Shown here: piece by piece, positions 1-11,167 of the stretch
Layout of the letters: each line of letters starts with the position of its first letter
Position numbering within the stretch: the stretch's first letter is position 1
Assembly: GCA_004431415.1 (NCBI GenBank)
Contig: QPMI01000582.1
Location: 100,362-164,361, forward strand
Direction of reading: 5' to 3'
DNA: 64,000 nucleotides
Origin: Cyanophora paradoxa CCMP329
Lineage: Eukaryota; Plantae; Glaucophyta
Made by a program: the position numbers and the translations under genes
Notes under the pieces: model-generated
Databases searched by the model: none
Told to the model about the DNA's origin: nothing
What the model saw: the letters and a program-made list of their open reading frames with translations, nothing else

Positions 1-1443
1 CGTAGCCCCCCCCTTCCCCTCCCCGCCCCCTCACCCCTCCCCCCCTCCCCCGGGGGCCCAGCCCGGGCCCCCCAGCCCCCGGCCCCCCCAGGCGTTCCTA
101 TCCCGCCCCTTCTTCGCGCTTCATCCTTCTTTACCCATACTCCCGCCCCCCACTGTACGGTGAATCGAGGTGCCACGGTGATACTGTGGCATCAAAATGC
201 CACGCATGTGCCATTCAATGATTAGCTGTAGGGGCCCGGGGCCCGGGGCGAGCTCGAGACGAGACCGTCGGACTCCGGGACGTCGCGATCGACTTCGAGG
301 CCCCTGAGGCCCTGAGGCCCCGACTCGCGGCGCGATTTCGAGTTCATCCTGCACTGCATACGGCAGCTGCGACTCCTCCCTGCGAGCTCGACGGGCATGG
401 GGGGGGGACTCCGCGGGCCGAATCGAAGCTCACTGAGTCAAGCTTAGGTTCGGGACGGGCCCGTCGATGGCTCATGATCAGTCTCGAGCTGTAGCCGCGG
501 GCTTAGCAATGGGCGCCGTAACAAATTTAAAGCCTTGGAGCATCGATATCCGGATCGATATCCTCAAGCTTAAGGGCATGTCATGATCAGATGCATATGC
601 ATGTGCCCACCATGGCATCATGGCATGCATATGATGCCGGCCACTGGCCGGGGCGCCGTATGCATATGCATGGGCCGGGCCATGCCATGATGGGGGCCGT
701 AGCACTGCGGCAAAGACTTGGATCCGGAGTATATGTTTCAGTGTATCAGCATCTGGCCATGGATCCGATGATCCGATGATCCTCATGATCCGATGATCAA
801 TGGCATGCATATGGCATATAATGGCATGATCATGATGCCGAACTCACTGTACATGTCACCCGGGTGACCGTGGCACATCATGGCATGGTGAAAGTGTCAA
901 TCATATGCACTGCGGCATTGAAATTTGAGACGACGGTTGCCGCACTGTCATATACTATGATATGCATAGATGTAGAGTGCCACCGTGCCAGGGTTGGTTA
1001 TTGCAATTGCCAGGTAGGCTTTAAATTTTGATGGGTGATCATGATGGTCTTCGAATTCCACAGTCACCGAGCAAGCCGCTGGGCAGCTTCAATGGATTCG
1101 TGCACGTGGATCGTCGAACATGCAGCTTCATTGAACACAGAGACTCCGAGACAGAAAAAGGGTCGAGGAAGAGCGGAGAGCGGGAGATCGCGAGGGATGA
1201 GATGTCGGGAGCGGGACGCGCGGGGTCGCCATTTCGGGGACGGGGGATGTGGCTGATCGAGAGGGGCATAGGTTGCCGAGGGCGGGCGGGGGAGAGAAGG
1301 GCGGAGGGGGAGGGGGGGGGGGGGGAGAGAGAGAGGCGCAGGTGGGGCGGCGCGGGGTACTGGTAGGGGCGGCGGGGTAGCGGGGAAAAAAGGAGGGAGA
1401 CGGGGAGGGAAGCGGGGGTCGGGAAGAGGGCGGAGCCGGGCGG

Positions 1444-4400
1444 CTAGACGCCGGCGCTGCCGGCGGACTCGAGGGAGGCGCGGCGGTTGGCGGCGCCGCT
1501 GTCGCGGGAGTAGGAGGGGCGGCGGCCGTCCCGGGACTGAGTGGGGCGGAGGGCGTCGCTGGGGGCCGAGGAGAGGGTGTCGGCGAGGTCCTCCTCCTCG
1601 TCCCCCTCCTCCATCGTGCCGTGCAGGCGCCGCAGCTCGACGACGGCGCGCCGGATGGAGACAACGAGGGCCACCCACGAGTACATCCGCTCCGCCGCCA
1701 CCGACCCCTTCTCCCGCACCTGCGGGCCCCCCGGGGCGCGTGAGCTGCGGGGCGGGGCGGGGCGGGGCGGGGGTGGCGGGGGGCGGGGGACCTCCTCGGC
1801 GGTGAGGCCCTTCATCTCGGCGTCGACGCGGCGGAACTTGGCCTTCTTCTGCTTCACCGTCGGGTCGTACGCCGCGATCCTCGGCTTCAGCTCGTCGCTC
1901 ACCAGCTGCCCGGCCCCCCCGCCCCGCGTCGGCCCGAGCGCGCGCGGGCGAGCGGCGGGGACGGCTGACCTGGCGGATCTTCTTCCAGTCGTCGACGTCG
2001 TGGGGCTTGAAGTCGAGGAGGTAGAAGAGGCCGCTCGGCCCCCATGTTCGCCTCCTCCACCATGAGGTACCCGAAGGCGCGGTTGCCGAGGTGGCCCCCC
2101 GTGACGGGCACGATCGTCTTGTCCGCCGCCTCCTCCCCCTTGGGGACCTTGTCCGTGAAGGCGAAGGCGACGGGGGCGTTGACGAGGCTCTTGAGGACGC
2201 CGATCGCCCCCTCGAGCACCAGCATGCTCCGCCGCCGCCGCTCGGCCCGCTCGTGCGCCGCCCCGAGGCCCTTGGCCATCGCCGCGAAGAAGTCGAGGTC
2301 CCAGGGGGTGAAGCCGGCCTTGCCGTGGTCCCCGCCCAGCCCGTCCATCGCCACCACCCCGATCACCTCCCCCTCCTTGTCCACCATCGGGAGGCACACG
2401 TAGGGCCCGTCCGCCCCGTCCGCCCCCGCCGGCCCCAGGTAGTGCACGGCCGGCTCGGCGCGCACGGAGGGGACGTGCATCGGCTGCGGGGCGGCGCCGG
2501 GCTTGACGGCCGCCGTCGCCTGCCAGGTGACCCCCGTGCCGGGGGGCACGACCTGCCCGACCAGCAGCGCGTCCTGCTCGGCCGGCCCCGCGGCGACGTA
2601 CTGGAGGGCGCCGCCCTGCGCGGGGTCCACGATGGCGACGTAGGCGGCGGTGGCGGTCGTGTGCGCGAGCAGCGCGTCGATGACGAGCTGGTGGAGGGGG
2701 TTCAGCTGCCCGTGGCCCTCGTTGTCCGCGATGTACGCCTCCAGCGCGCGCGCCGCCGCGTGCGTCGCGTCCTCCACCGCCGGCGCCAGCTGCTCCGCCA
2801 GCATCAGGATCATGTCCACCTCGCCCTCCCCGAAGGCCTCCCCGTCCTTGTACACGCTGACCGCCCCGACGCAGCCGCGGCCCTTGCCCGTGGCGTCCTT
2901 GAGGGGGACGGTCATGACGGCGCCGCGGGGCGGGCGGCCGAAGTAGGCGTTCTGCCCGGCCGCCTCGAGGTCGGGCACGAGCGTGTACTTCTCCCGCGCG
3001 ATCGCGTCAAACTCCGAGGGCGGCGGCGCCGCCGCCTCCCCCTCGCCCTCCCCGGCCCCCGGCCGCCGCTGCGTCTGGCCGGCCTCCAGCCCCAGCAGCG
3101 CCTTGGCGCCCTCGTCCGCCGCGTACAGCCTGCGCCGCGCCCCGCCGGCCCGTGAGCAGGGCGGGGGCGGGTGGAGGGGCGGGGGAGGGGGCGGGGCGGG
3201 GGCGCCTGAGCTGGAAGGGGTGGTCCTGGAGGGGGACCCACATGGCGCGCGCCGCCGGGCAGAAGGGCCGCACCACCTCCATGAACGCCGCGTACATCTG
3301 CCGCCCCGCCCCGCCCCCTCGACCCCGCCCCGCCCCGCCCCGGGGCGGGGGTCGGGGCGGGCGCGGACGGTGGCGGGGGCGGCCTTCTTCATGACGAGCT
3401 CCTTGACGGCCTGCACGGCGAGGGTGCGCGCCCCCTCGGCGTGCGCCGTCGCCAGCCCCGCCGCGCACAGCCCCAGCTGCTCCCCCAGCTGCTGCAGCCG
3501 CTGCACGTCCTCCGTCGCCAGCGCCGCCGGCGCCGCCGCCTGCTGCGTCGCGCTCGGGTGCGGCGAGACGGCCGGGAGCCGGCGGGGGCGCCGCCGGCCC
3601 CGCGGCGGCGGCCGAGGCGGGCCGGGCGAGGTTCTCCCCGCCCAGGACGCCGACGACGTCCTTGGAGCCCGGCACGCGGATGGGCGCCGCGAAGACGACC
3701 CCGCGGCGCCCGTCCGCCTCCTCCGCCTCCGCCTGCGCCGGCTTCCCCTGCGCGCCCGCCACGCCCCGTCAGCCCGCGCGAGCCGGTCGCCCCGGCGCGG
3801 CCCGCGCACGGTGTCGATGGCGGCGAAGAGCGGGGCGAGGCGGGTGGAGCCCGGGGGCTCGGCGCGGGCGACGCGGGTGCCGGGGACGTGGCGGCGTCGG
3901 CGGAGAAGACGCAGTCGAGGGCCTCCACGGGGGCGCCCTCCTCGCGGCCCGCCGGCGCCGCCTCGCAGAGGTACACGAAGCCGCCCGAGCCCTTCCCGAT
4001 GCGCCGCGCCGCTTCCGTCGCCACGCTCCGCAGCTCCGCCAGCGCCGCCTCGTAGCTGCCGCCCCCCCCGTTGCGCCGGGGGCCGCGGGCCGGCGCGCGC
4101 GGGGCCGCACCTGTCGCCCGGCTTGAAGCGGGAGACGATGGCCTGCAGCGTCTGCAGCGCCGTCTCTGCGTACCCCGCGTCAGCAGAGGCTCTGGCGAGG
4201 CGCGGCGCAGGAGCGGGGCGGCGGGGCGCGCCGACAGCCTTGATCTCGCGCTGGCGCCGCATGAACGCCTCGTCGCGCTCCCGCCGCGCCCGCTCCGCCT
4301 CCTCCTTCTCCCGCTTCCGCCGCTCCGCGAGATCGTGCCTGCGCGCCGGCGCGGGCACCCCGCCTGAGCGCCCCGCAGGCGCCGCCCCCGCCGGCATGCA

Positions 4401-5303
4401 GCGGCGCGCACTTCTCCTTGTCCTCGGCGGCCTTGCGGGCCTTCTCCTCTTCCTCGGCCTTGCGCTTCTCGGCCTCGGCCATCTGGCGCAGCTCCTCCTC
4501 GCGCCGCTCCCGCTCCTCCTCCTCCCTCTTCCGCTCCGCCTCCAGCCGCTCCTCCTCCTTGCGCCGCTCCTCCTCCTCGATGCGCAGCCGCTCCTGCCGC
4601 TCCTCCTCCGCCCGCCGCGCCAGCTCCTCCACCATCTTCTGCCGCGCCGCCCGCTCGGCTTCTTCCCGCACCCTTGCCTCCTGCGCCGGCGTCAGGCACC
4701 AGCCGGCACCCCCGGCGGGGCGGGCACGGGCGCGCCTCGGCGGCCCGCTCGTCGGCGGCCTGCTTCTCGGCCCAGGAGTGATACTTGGGCTTCGGGTTGT
4801 GCCGCATGAGGTACGCGGCTAGCCAGTGCAGAGGCTCGAAGTGTCGCTTGTCCATGTACGCGGGCGCCGACGCCGGCCGGTCCCGCTGCGGTACCTTCGA
4901 CTTGATCATTCCGGGGTGGGCGCTCGTCGGACGCGCCCAGATCGGCGTCGGCTTGGCCCCTGCGGTCGGCACGATGCCCGCCCCATCCACCGTCTTCAGC
5001 AGCTGGGCTATCGCGGGCAGGAGCGTCGGGAATAGCTGCTGCTCCATGAAGGCAAGGGAGCCCGGTGGCAGGTCAGGATTCGCTGCTACAGCTGCAATCG
5101 CCGCTGCCGGAAGTGCCGCTGCCGGGGCCCAGCCAGTTAGAGTCGTTCGGGGAGCACGCGCAGGAGGGAAGGGACGCACCAAGAGCGGCCTGCACTTCGA
5201 TAGCTTTTGCAGCTGAAGAGGGCCTAGAGCCCACCTGCACGGGCGCCCCACCGCTGCTGGGCCGCGAGCTTGGGCCCGACGGCGGGCGACTGCCCGAGCT
5301 CAT
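1444..5303 (-). CDS. EFCAB5-like putative ciliary protein (N-terminal DPY-30/RIIa-like motif, coiled coil, GAF-like domains), multi-exon
   Basis: Spliced translation contains FMEQQLFPTLLPAIAQLL...FEPLHWLAAYLMRHNP, an E/R-rich coiled coil (4430-4650), GAF-like segments (AVMTVPLKDATG...VGAVSVYK; YVCLPMVDKEGEVIGVVAMD) and C-terminal RIAAYDPT...VREKGSVAAERMYSWVALV, resembling EFCAB5 from memory. Exon boundaries approximate. Confidence 0.6.
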
Positions 5304-5488
5304 CCCGCTAGCTGCAACGCGCTTTGCTGGTCGACCACAAGGTCCCTGATTCGCACTGACTTCCCGTCCGGGGTTGTTCCGGGCCCTCCCGTTTTGCTCT
5401 CTAGCTAGCGCTGTACCCCTAGACACGGGGTGGGGTACAACTCAAAGGCAGTTGCTCCGACTCATGTCCAAGCCGGCGCCGGCGAGCA

Positions 5489-5600
5489 GCAGCATACAAG
5501 TATGATACAACCCGACGAGCGGCGCGCAACACACGCGCAGCATACAAGTATGATACAACCCGACACGCGGCGCAACCCGACGAGCGGCGCGCAACACACG
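5489..5600. repeat. 48-bp tandem duplication plus partial third copy in a divergent promoter region
   Basis: GCAGCATACAAGTATGATACAACCCGAC at 5489 and 5537; CAACCCGACGAGCGGCGCGCAACACACG recurs at about 5573-5600. Confidence 0.85.
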
Positions 5601-6118
5601 GCGGGCTGGGCGCCCCTCGTGGTCCAATCCCACGAACTGGAGCCCCAAAGTTGAGATCCGTCTAGCTTGTAGACGTTCTGTCTGCAGCCTGCATGTTTCT
5701 CGAAGTACAGACGGCAGCTGAGGTTTGCTCGAGGCGGTGATTGCCGCACCATTGCATATTGGGTGCGCGCAGCATTGCGCGTCCGCTTCTCTCGCTGAGG
5801 CGGCCGACCCCGCGCCGTGCAGACTCGGGCAGACGTTTGCGACGCTTGGCGCCGAGAAGCTTGATCGAGAATTTCGAAGCTTGGCGGTCTACCTGAGGAA
5901 CCACGCCTGCGATGGCCTCCGCCACCCAGAAGCCAACGTGGCTCGTGGAGAGTGCGCACGTTGCAGTTCCATCCGATGGCGCATGGCCAGGTTTGAGGCC
6001 CGGAGTTCGAGCTCGAGCTCGAGTCGCGCGCGGCCGTCGGCTGCGGCCGCGGCCGGCGCGCGCCGCGGCCCGGCCAGCTGCAGTCTACGTAGCCCTAGAT
6101 CTAAATGGAAGCATCGAT

Positions 6119-6934
6119 ATGCAGGGCCGCTCTTTAGCTAATTGAAACGCACAGTGAAGTCTGATGAACTCATGATCAGTCGGCGCGCGCCCCGCAGTGA
6201 GCACGGAGGAGGAGCTCGTGGCGCACCTGAACGAGCCCGGGCTGAAGGTCGTCGAGGCGTACAGCTCCTGGTGCGGCCCCTGCCGCGCCACCGTCCAGGT
6301 CCGCCCCGCCTGCCGCCCCTCCCATGTGCACAGTGCTGGGCCAGCGCGCGCTGGCCCGCCGGCGCCCGAGCGGCGGCCGACGTGTACGCCCGGGGGCTCG
6401 CCGCGCGCAGGCGTTGAAGTCGGTGTTCTACGAGCTGGAGGCGGGCCCGCGGCTGGAGTTCCTGGTGGCGGACTCGAAGCTGGTGCGGCAGGTGCGGGAG
6501 GAGCCGGCGCTCGCCGCCTCCGCCCGCCCCACCTTCCTCTTCTTCCGCTCCCGCGCCCTCCTCGACGCCGTCCACGGCGTCGACATGGTCCGCCCCCGGC
6601 CCGCTTGGAATTGATATTTGGAGATTCGATTCGATGAGATCTCGCTCACCCACTGACCGAGCCGCTCGTTGCTTCACGTGTGCAGCCCCTGCTGCGGCGG
6701 CTCTGCGGCGCCTACCTGCCCCGCGGCGAGGAGAAGGGCGTGCCCGCCCCGACACCGGAGGCCAGGCACCGCCTCATATGCGCACCCGCCTCATCCCCCT
6801 CGCTGGCCATGGAGCGTGAGCCGCTGGACGTGGATAGAATTCACCGCCCTTTATGGCATCTTTTTCCGTCGTACATGTATACTTCTATAGCTAGCAATAG
6901 GACGCGGCGCCTAGGAAGTACTAATCAAGTCTAG
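6119..6934 (+). CDS. Thioredoxin-family protein (TXNDC3/dynein light-chain thioredoxin-like), multi-exon
   Basis: STEEELVAHLNEPGLKVVEAYSSWCGPCRATVQ|ALKSVFYEL...ARPTFLFFR...DAVHGVDM with WCGPC active site. The start (MQ|V via a GC donor) is inferred. Confidence 0.75.
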
Positions 6935-7649
6935 GAGTATATCACTGAGTCATGCGTGCACGCATGCGCATGCGCGCGCATGCGCCAGCGCCTGCAGCTG
7001 CAACTAGCCTAGTAGCCGTACGCGTCGACGTCGATGTCGACGCCAAATTTGATCCGATGATCATGCGCAGGCTGATCATGAGGCCGGTACCGGTGTGAGA
7101 AGATTTAGTGTGGGAACTTGGAACAGAAGCTCGATCAAACCCAACGCTCGGTGGAAGGGTGGCACAGGAGGACCCGGGAACAGTGGAACACCGGTTCGCG
7201 GGTACACGAAATCAGCCAACCAAGCGCTCGTCCTACGTTAGCATGGACCGATAGCGATGATTACAGCTTCCGAGAGACTGCAGCGTGCCCAGGTGCGCGT
7301 GCCCACACAAGCCGTCCAGTTCCCGAGTCTTGATGAGTAGACGCTGTGCGCTTAGCACCAGGAGGAGAAGGTGTGGCGGCAACTGGAATTAGCTCGTAAG
7401 GAGGTGGAGCGCACTTTCAAGGTCCGTGGCCGCCCTGGGTCGTGCCAGCGTTGTAAGGAGACAGCCCTTCAATGGGAGACTAGCGGGACACATCGCAGCA
7501 TAGATCACTTGTTGCGTAGCACGGATCGCGTGTAGGTTGCCCGGGCGGGACGGGCCCGATCTGACACACGAGCAACGCAGGATGCAAAGGCCCCGGCACA
7601 CCCGGCGCACCAGCCGCCGCAAGCGCACGCCAGCCAGCTCGCATCGCTC

Positions 7650-9394
7650 ATGACCGTGTCCTCCGCACCGGTAGCCTCGGGCTCTGCCCCCGCCCCCAAG
7701 GCGTCAGATGTGTTCGCCATCGCGCGGAGCCGGGCGCCGGCGGAGGGCCACCGGCGGTCTCCCTTCAACAGGACGAACAGCGCGGGGAACGGGCGCACCT
7801 CGCCGGCCGAGCGCCCGCACGGGGACCACGCGGCGGCGGGCTACGGGTCCGACGAGGGCGGGCACGGCGCCGTCAGCGGGGGCGAGGGCCCCTCCCACGC
7901 CTTCTCCGGCGCCCGCTCCGCGTCTCCGCGCGTCACCGCGGGGCCGGCGCCGGGCCCCGATCAGTTTTCCTTTGTTTCCCGCGCCCCGATCGGGGCGCGC
8001 CTCCCGCGGCCGTCCTCCTCGAAGAACCTGCCGGCGCCGCCGCCGCGCGAGGCGGCGGGGTACGAGCACGAGGAGGGCCCCGGCCCGCCGCGGCAGCCCG
8101 CCTCGCGCACCCCCTCCTTCCGCGCCATCCGGGCCTCCCCCTCGCCCCCGAGTCGGGCCCGGGGCGCCCCCGACCCGGCGTCCCTGCTGCCGCCCAGGCG
8201 GGCCGCGGCGGCGGGAGGGGTCGGGGGCGACGACGCCGCCGGGCCGGGGGGCGGGCGGCGGGGCGGCCCCCGTCGGGGGCGGCGTCGGCGCGGATGACCC
8301 TCGTGGAGCGCATCGCCTCCCTCAAGGAGGCCGCCCTCGCCAACGCCGCCGCCGCCGCCCCGCCCTCCCTCCCCCTCCTCCTCCTCCTCCTCCCTCTCCT
8401 CCCCTCCCCGCCATCCCTCCTTCTCCGGCCCGGCGCCCTACCCCGGCCTCCCCGCCCCGACCTCCCCGGCCCCTCCCCGCACTCCGCGCCCACCGCCGTC
8501 GCCGCGGCCGTCGCAGCGGCGGCGGCAGCAGCGGCGGCGGCGGCGGCAGCAGGGAGGGGCGGGGGGCGCGGGGCCCGGGGGCGGGAGAAGGACGAGGGGC
8601 GATCCGGGCGGCGATGCTGGAGGCGAGCCTGGAGCTGGACCTCGCGGACAGCCTCGACCGCATCGCCCTCGAGGAGCTCCTCAAGTCCCGCGACCGCCGC
8701 CTCGCCGCCGCCCCGCGCCCCACCCCCGCCCCGGGCCGGGCCCGCCCCGGGCCACCCGCCCATCGCCCACCGCCCCGACCCCGCCGGCGAGCGCCCCGCC
8801 TCGCCGCTGCGGCCCTGGTCCCCGGGGGGCCGCGGAGCCGCCCCTCTCGCCCCGCCTCGGGGCCTGGGGCGACAGCGAGGTGGACCCGCTCGAGCCGGCG
8901 CCCCCGCCCCGCCCGCACGGAGCCGGCGCGGCCGCGGAGGGAGCCGGCGGGGCGCCCTACTCGGACGTGGCGAGCGCGGCGGCGGCGGCGGCGGCGGCGA
9001 CCGCGGCGTCGGCGTCGGCGGCGGGCGGCAGGCGGAGGAGCGCGACCTGCGGGAGCGGAGGCGGGCCAAGAGGCGCCTCGGCAGCGCCCGCCTTCGCGCC
9101 CAGGCCGAGCGCGACGCCGCGCTCGGCTCCCCCGGCCGGGCCGAGGACGGCGCGGCGGCGGCGCAGGGCAGGGGAGGGCGCCGGCGCTGCCGCCCGTCCC
9201 CTCGCGGCGAAGCTCCGTCGCCTCGTCGGCGCGGAGCGCGGCGTCGGCAGCCAGCGCCCCCGCCCGCTCCCCGCACGGTCTCGGCGCCGCCCCGCGCTCC
9301 CCGCACGCCCCGCCCTCCCGGCCCCCGCCCCACGCCGTCGGCCCGCCCCGGCCGCGCCGCTCCGTCCGCCCCGGGCAGGGGGAGGAGGATGAGT
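7650..9394 (+). CDS. Uncharacterised low-complexity protein, multi-exon
   Basis: Coding-like segments (MTLVERIASLKEAAL; AMLEASLELDLADSLDRIALEELLKSRD) separated by typical C-rich/G-rich introns; no family recognised; ends uncertain. Confidence 0.4.
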
Positions 9395-9474
9395 AGTGGT
9401 AGCTGCAGGGGGCGAGGCGCGTAGGGCGCGGAGGCGGCTCGCCGCTCGTCAGTTTTGCCTTCTCGAGCTTTGCT

Positions 9475-10900
9475 TCACTTCGCAAGAGTACTCGGGGGCG
9501 GGTCGTCGGGCGCGTCGGGGGCTTCCAAGGCGAGGCGCTCGCCCCCGCCGGGGGCCCGCCCGGGGCGCTTGAAGGCGAGCCCGCAGCACTGCAGGCCGAA
9601 GAGGGGCCACGCCGAGGCCCGCCGCGCCCGCTCCTCCAGCGTCCGCGCAGCCTCCTCCTCCCCCCCGCCCTCCCCAAAGCCGTACACGAAGTCGCCGAAG
9701 ATGGGGTACCCCTCGTGCGAGAGCTGCGCCCGGATCTGGTGCCTGCGGCGTTGCCCGTCAGGCGGCGGAGGGACGGCGCAGGGCGGGGCGGGGCGCGCGT
9801 TCGGCCCGTGCCGAGCTCGATCTCGATTTCGAAGAGGGGCCGCTCGAGCTCGCCGCCGCCGCGGTTGGCCCAGGATGCGGCGGCCTCGGCGGCGGGGCGG
9901 CCCCAGCGGCGGGCGACCTCGCCGGGGAGCACGCGGCGGGAGGCGAGGACGGTCAGGTGGCAGGGGAGCCAGCCCGAGCGGGGCGCCCGCGCCACCCGCT
10001 TCGGCGCCCGCGGGCACTCCTCCATCCAGTGCTCCATCGGCCCCAGGGGGGGACCCTCCGCCCCCGCACTCGCCCCCGCCCCGCCCTCCCCGCCGGCGCG
10101 ATCAGCCGGGCCCGGGGAGCCCGAGGCCTCCTCGTCCGCCGGCGTCTCCGGCGCCTCGGCGGCCTCCCCGGGCTCCGGCCCGCACCCTCTGCTGCGGGCG
10201 GGTCCGCCTGCCTCTCGCCGCGCACCGCCAGGACCCTGTACCGCTTCCGCACCTGCCGCCGGGCCGGCGGTCGGCGCGGGGCGGGGCGGGGCGGGGCGGG
10301 GCGGGGCGGGGCGGGGCGGGGGCGCCTTGTGCTTGCGGAGGAGGAGGTTGAAGCGGGAGAGGAAGTCGCGGGTGCGGGCGAGGACGAGCAGGCCCCGCGT
10401 CGGCTGGTCCAGCCGGCTCGTCACGAAGACCGCCTCGCCGAGCACGGCCGCGACCTGCTCGCACACGTTCTCCCGCGCGTTGTCCGAGTTCGCGTGGCAC
10501 GGCACGCCCGGCGGCTTGTCCACGACCACGAAGCCCTCCTCCGCGTGCACGATCGCCGCCCGCCAGTCCACGCGCCCCACGGGGAAGCGCTGCGACGATG
10601 CCGATCAGCCGCGGCGCGGACCGCGCTCGCTCGCCCGCGCTCGCGTGCTGCCGCTCGCCTTCGGGTTGAGGTGCGCTCGCACGTACACCTTCGCCTCGAC
10701 CTCTCGCTCGGCGTCCTGAGAAGCGAGCCGCTCCTTCCCCCGCAGCCAGACCGCTCCGAAGTCGATCAGCCACCGCATGCGCTCCTCGGAGACGCCGACC
10801 GCATCCGCGATCACCGCCGCCGCGGGCCCCGCGCGGAGAGTCTCCACATGCCTGATGTCCGCCGCGTTCTCTGATTCCTCCAGCGTTCGGCGCCGCGCTT
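9475..10900 (-). CDS. RluA-family RNA pseudouridine synthase (plant plastid-type), multi-exon; 5' end not located
   Basis: VVVDKPPGVPCH, catalytic SRLDQPTRGLLVLAR, KRYRVL, EIELGTGRT|HQIRAQLSHEGYPIFGDFVYG, LQCCGLAF motifs. Confidence 0.85.
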
Positions 10901-11167
10901 AGCTAAGAGAACGTTAACACTGGGCCTCCAGCTCGTTGGCTAGCGCCGTCTATAGCTAGCTGCCTAGAAGCTGGCGATTGTATACCTTGCCGACGGGATT
11001 CGAACTGCGGTCAGCCTCGCCCAAGAAGTCGCCGCCTCGCCCGAACTGCTGTCAGCCTCGCTCAAGAGCCGCCAGACTCGCCAGCTAACAGGCTAAACGC
11101 ACACGTAGTGACTGGGCTACGCAGCCGCAGCGCAGCCGCAGCGCAGCCGAATCCACAGCGAGTCGAG

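Noticed and set aside
10985-11015. tRNA T-loop-like GTTCGAATCC on the minus strand
   Set aside because: Flanks do not form a T-stem or cloverleaf.
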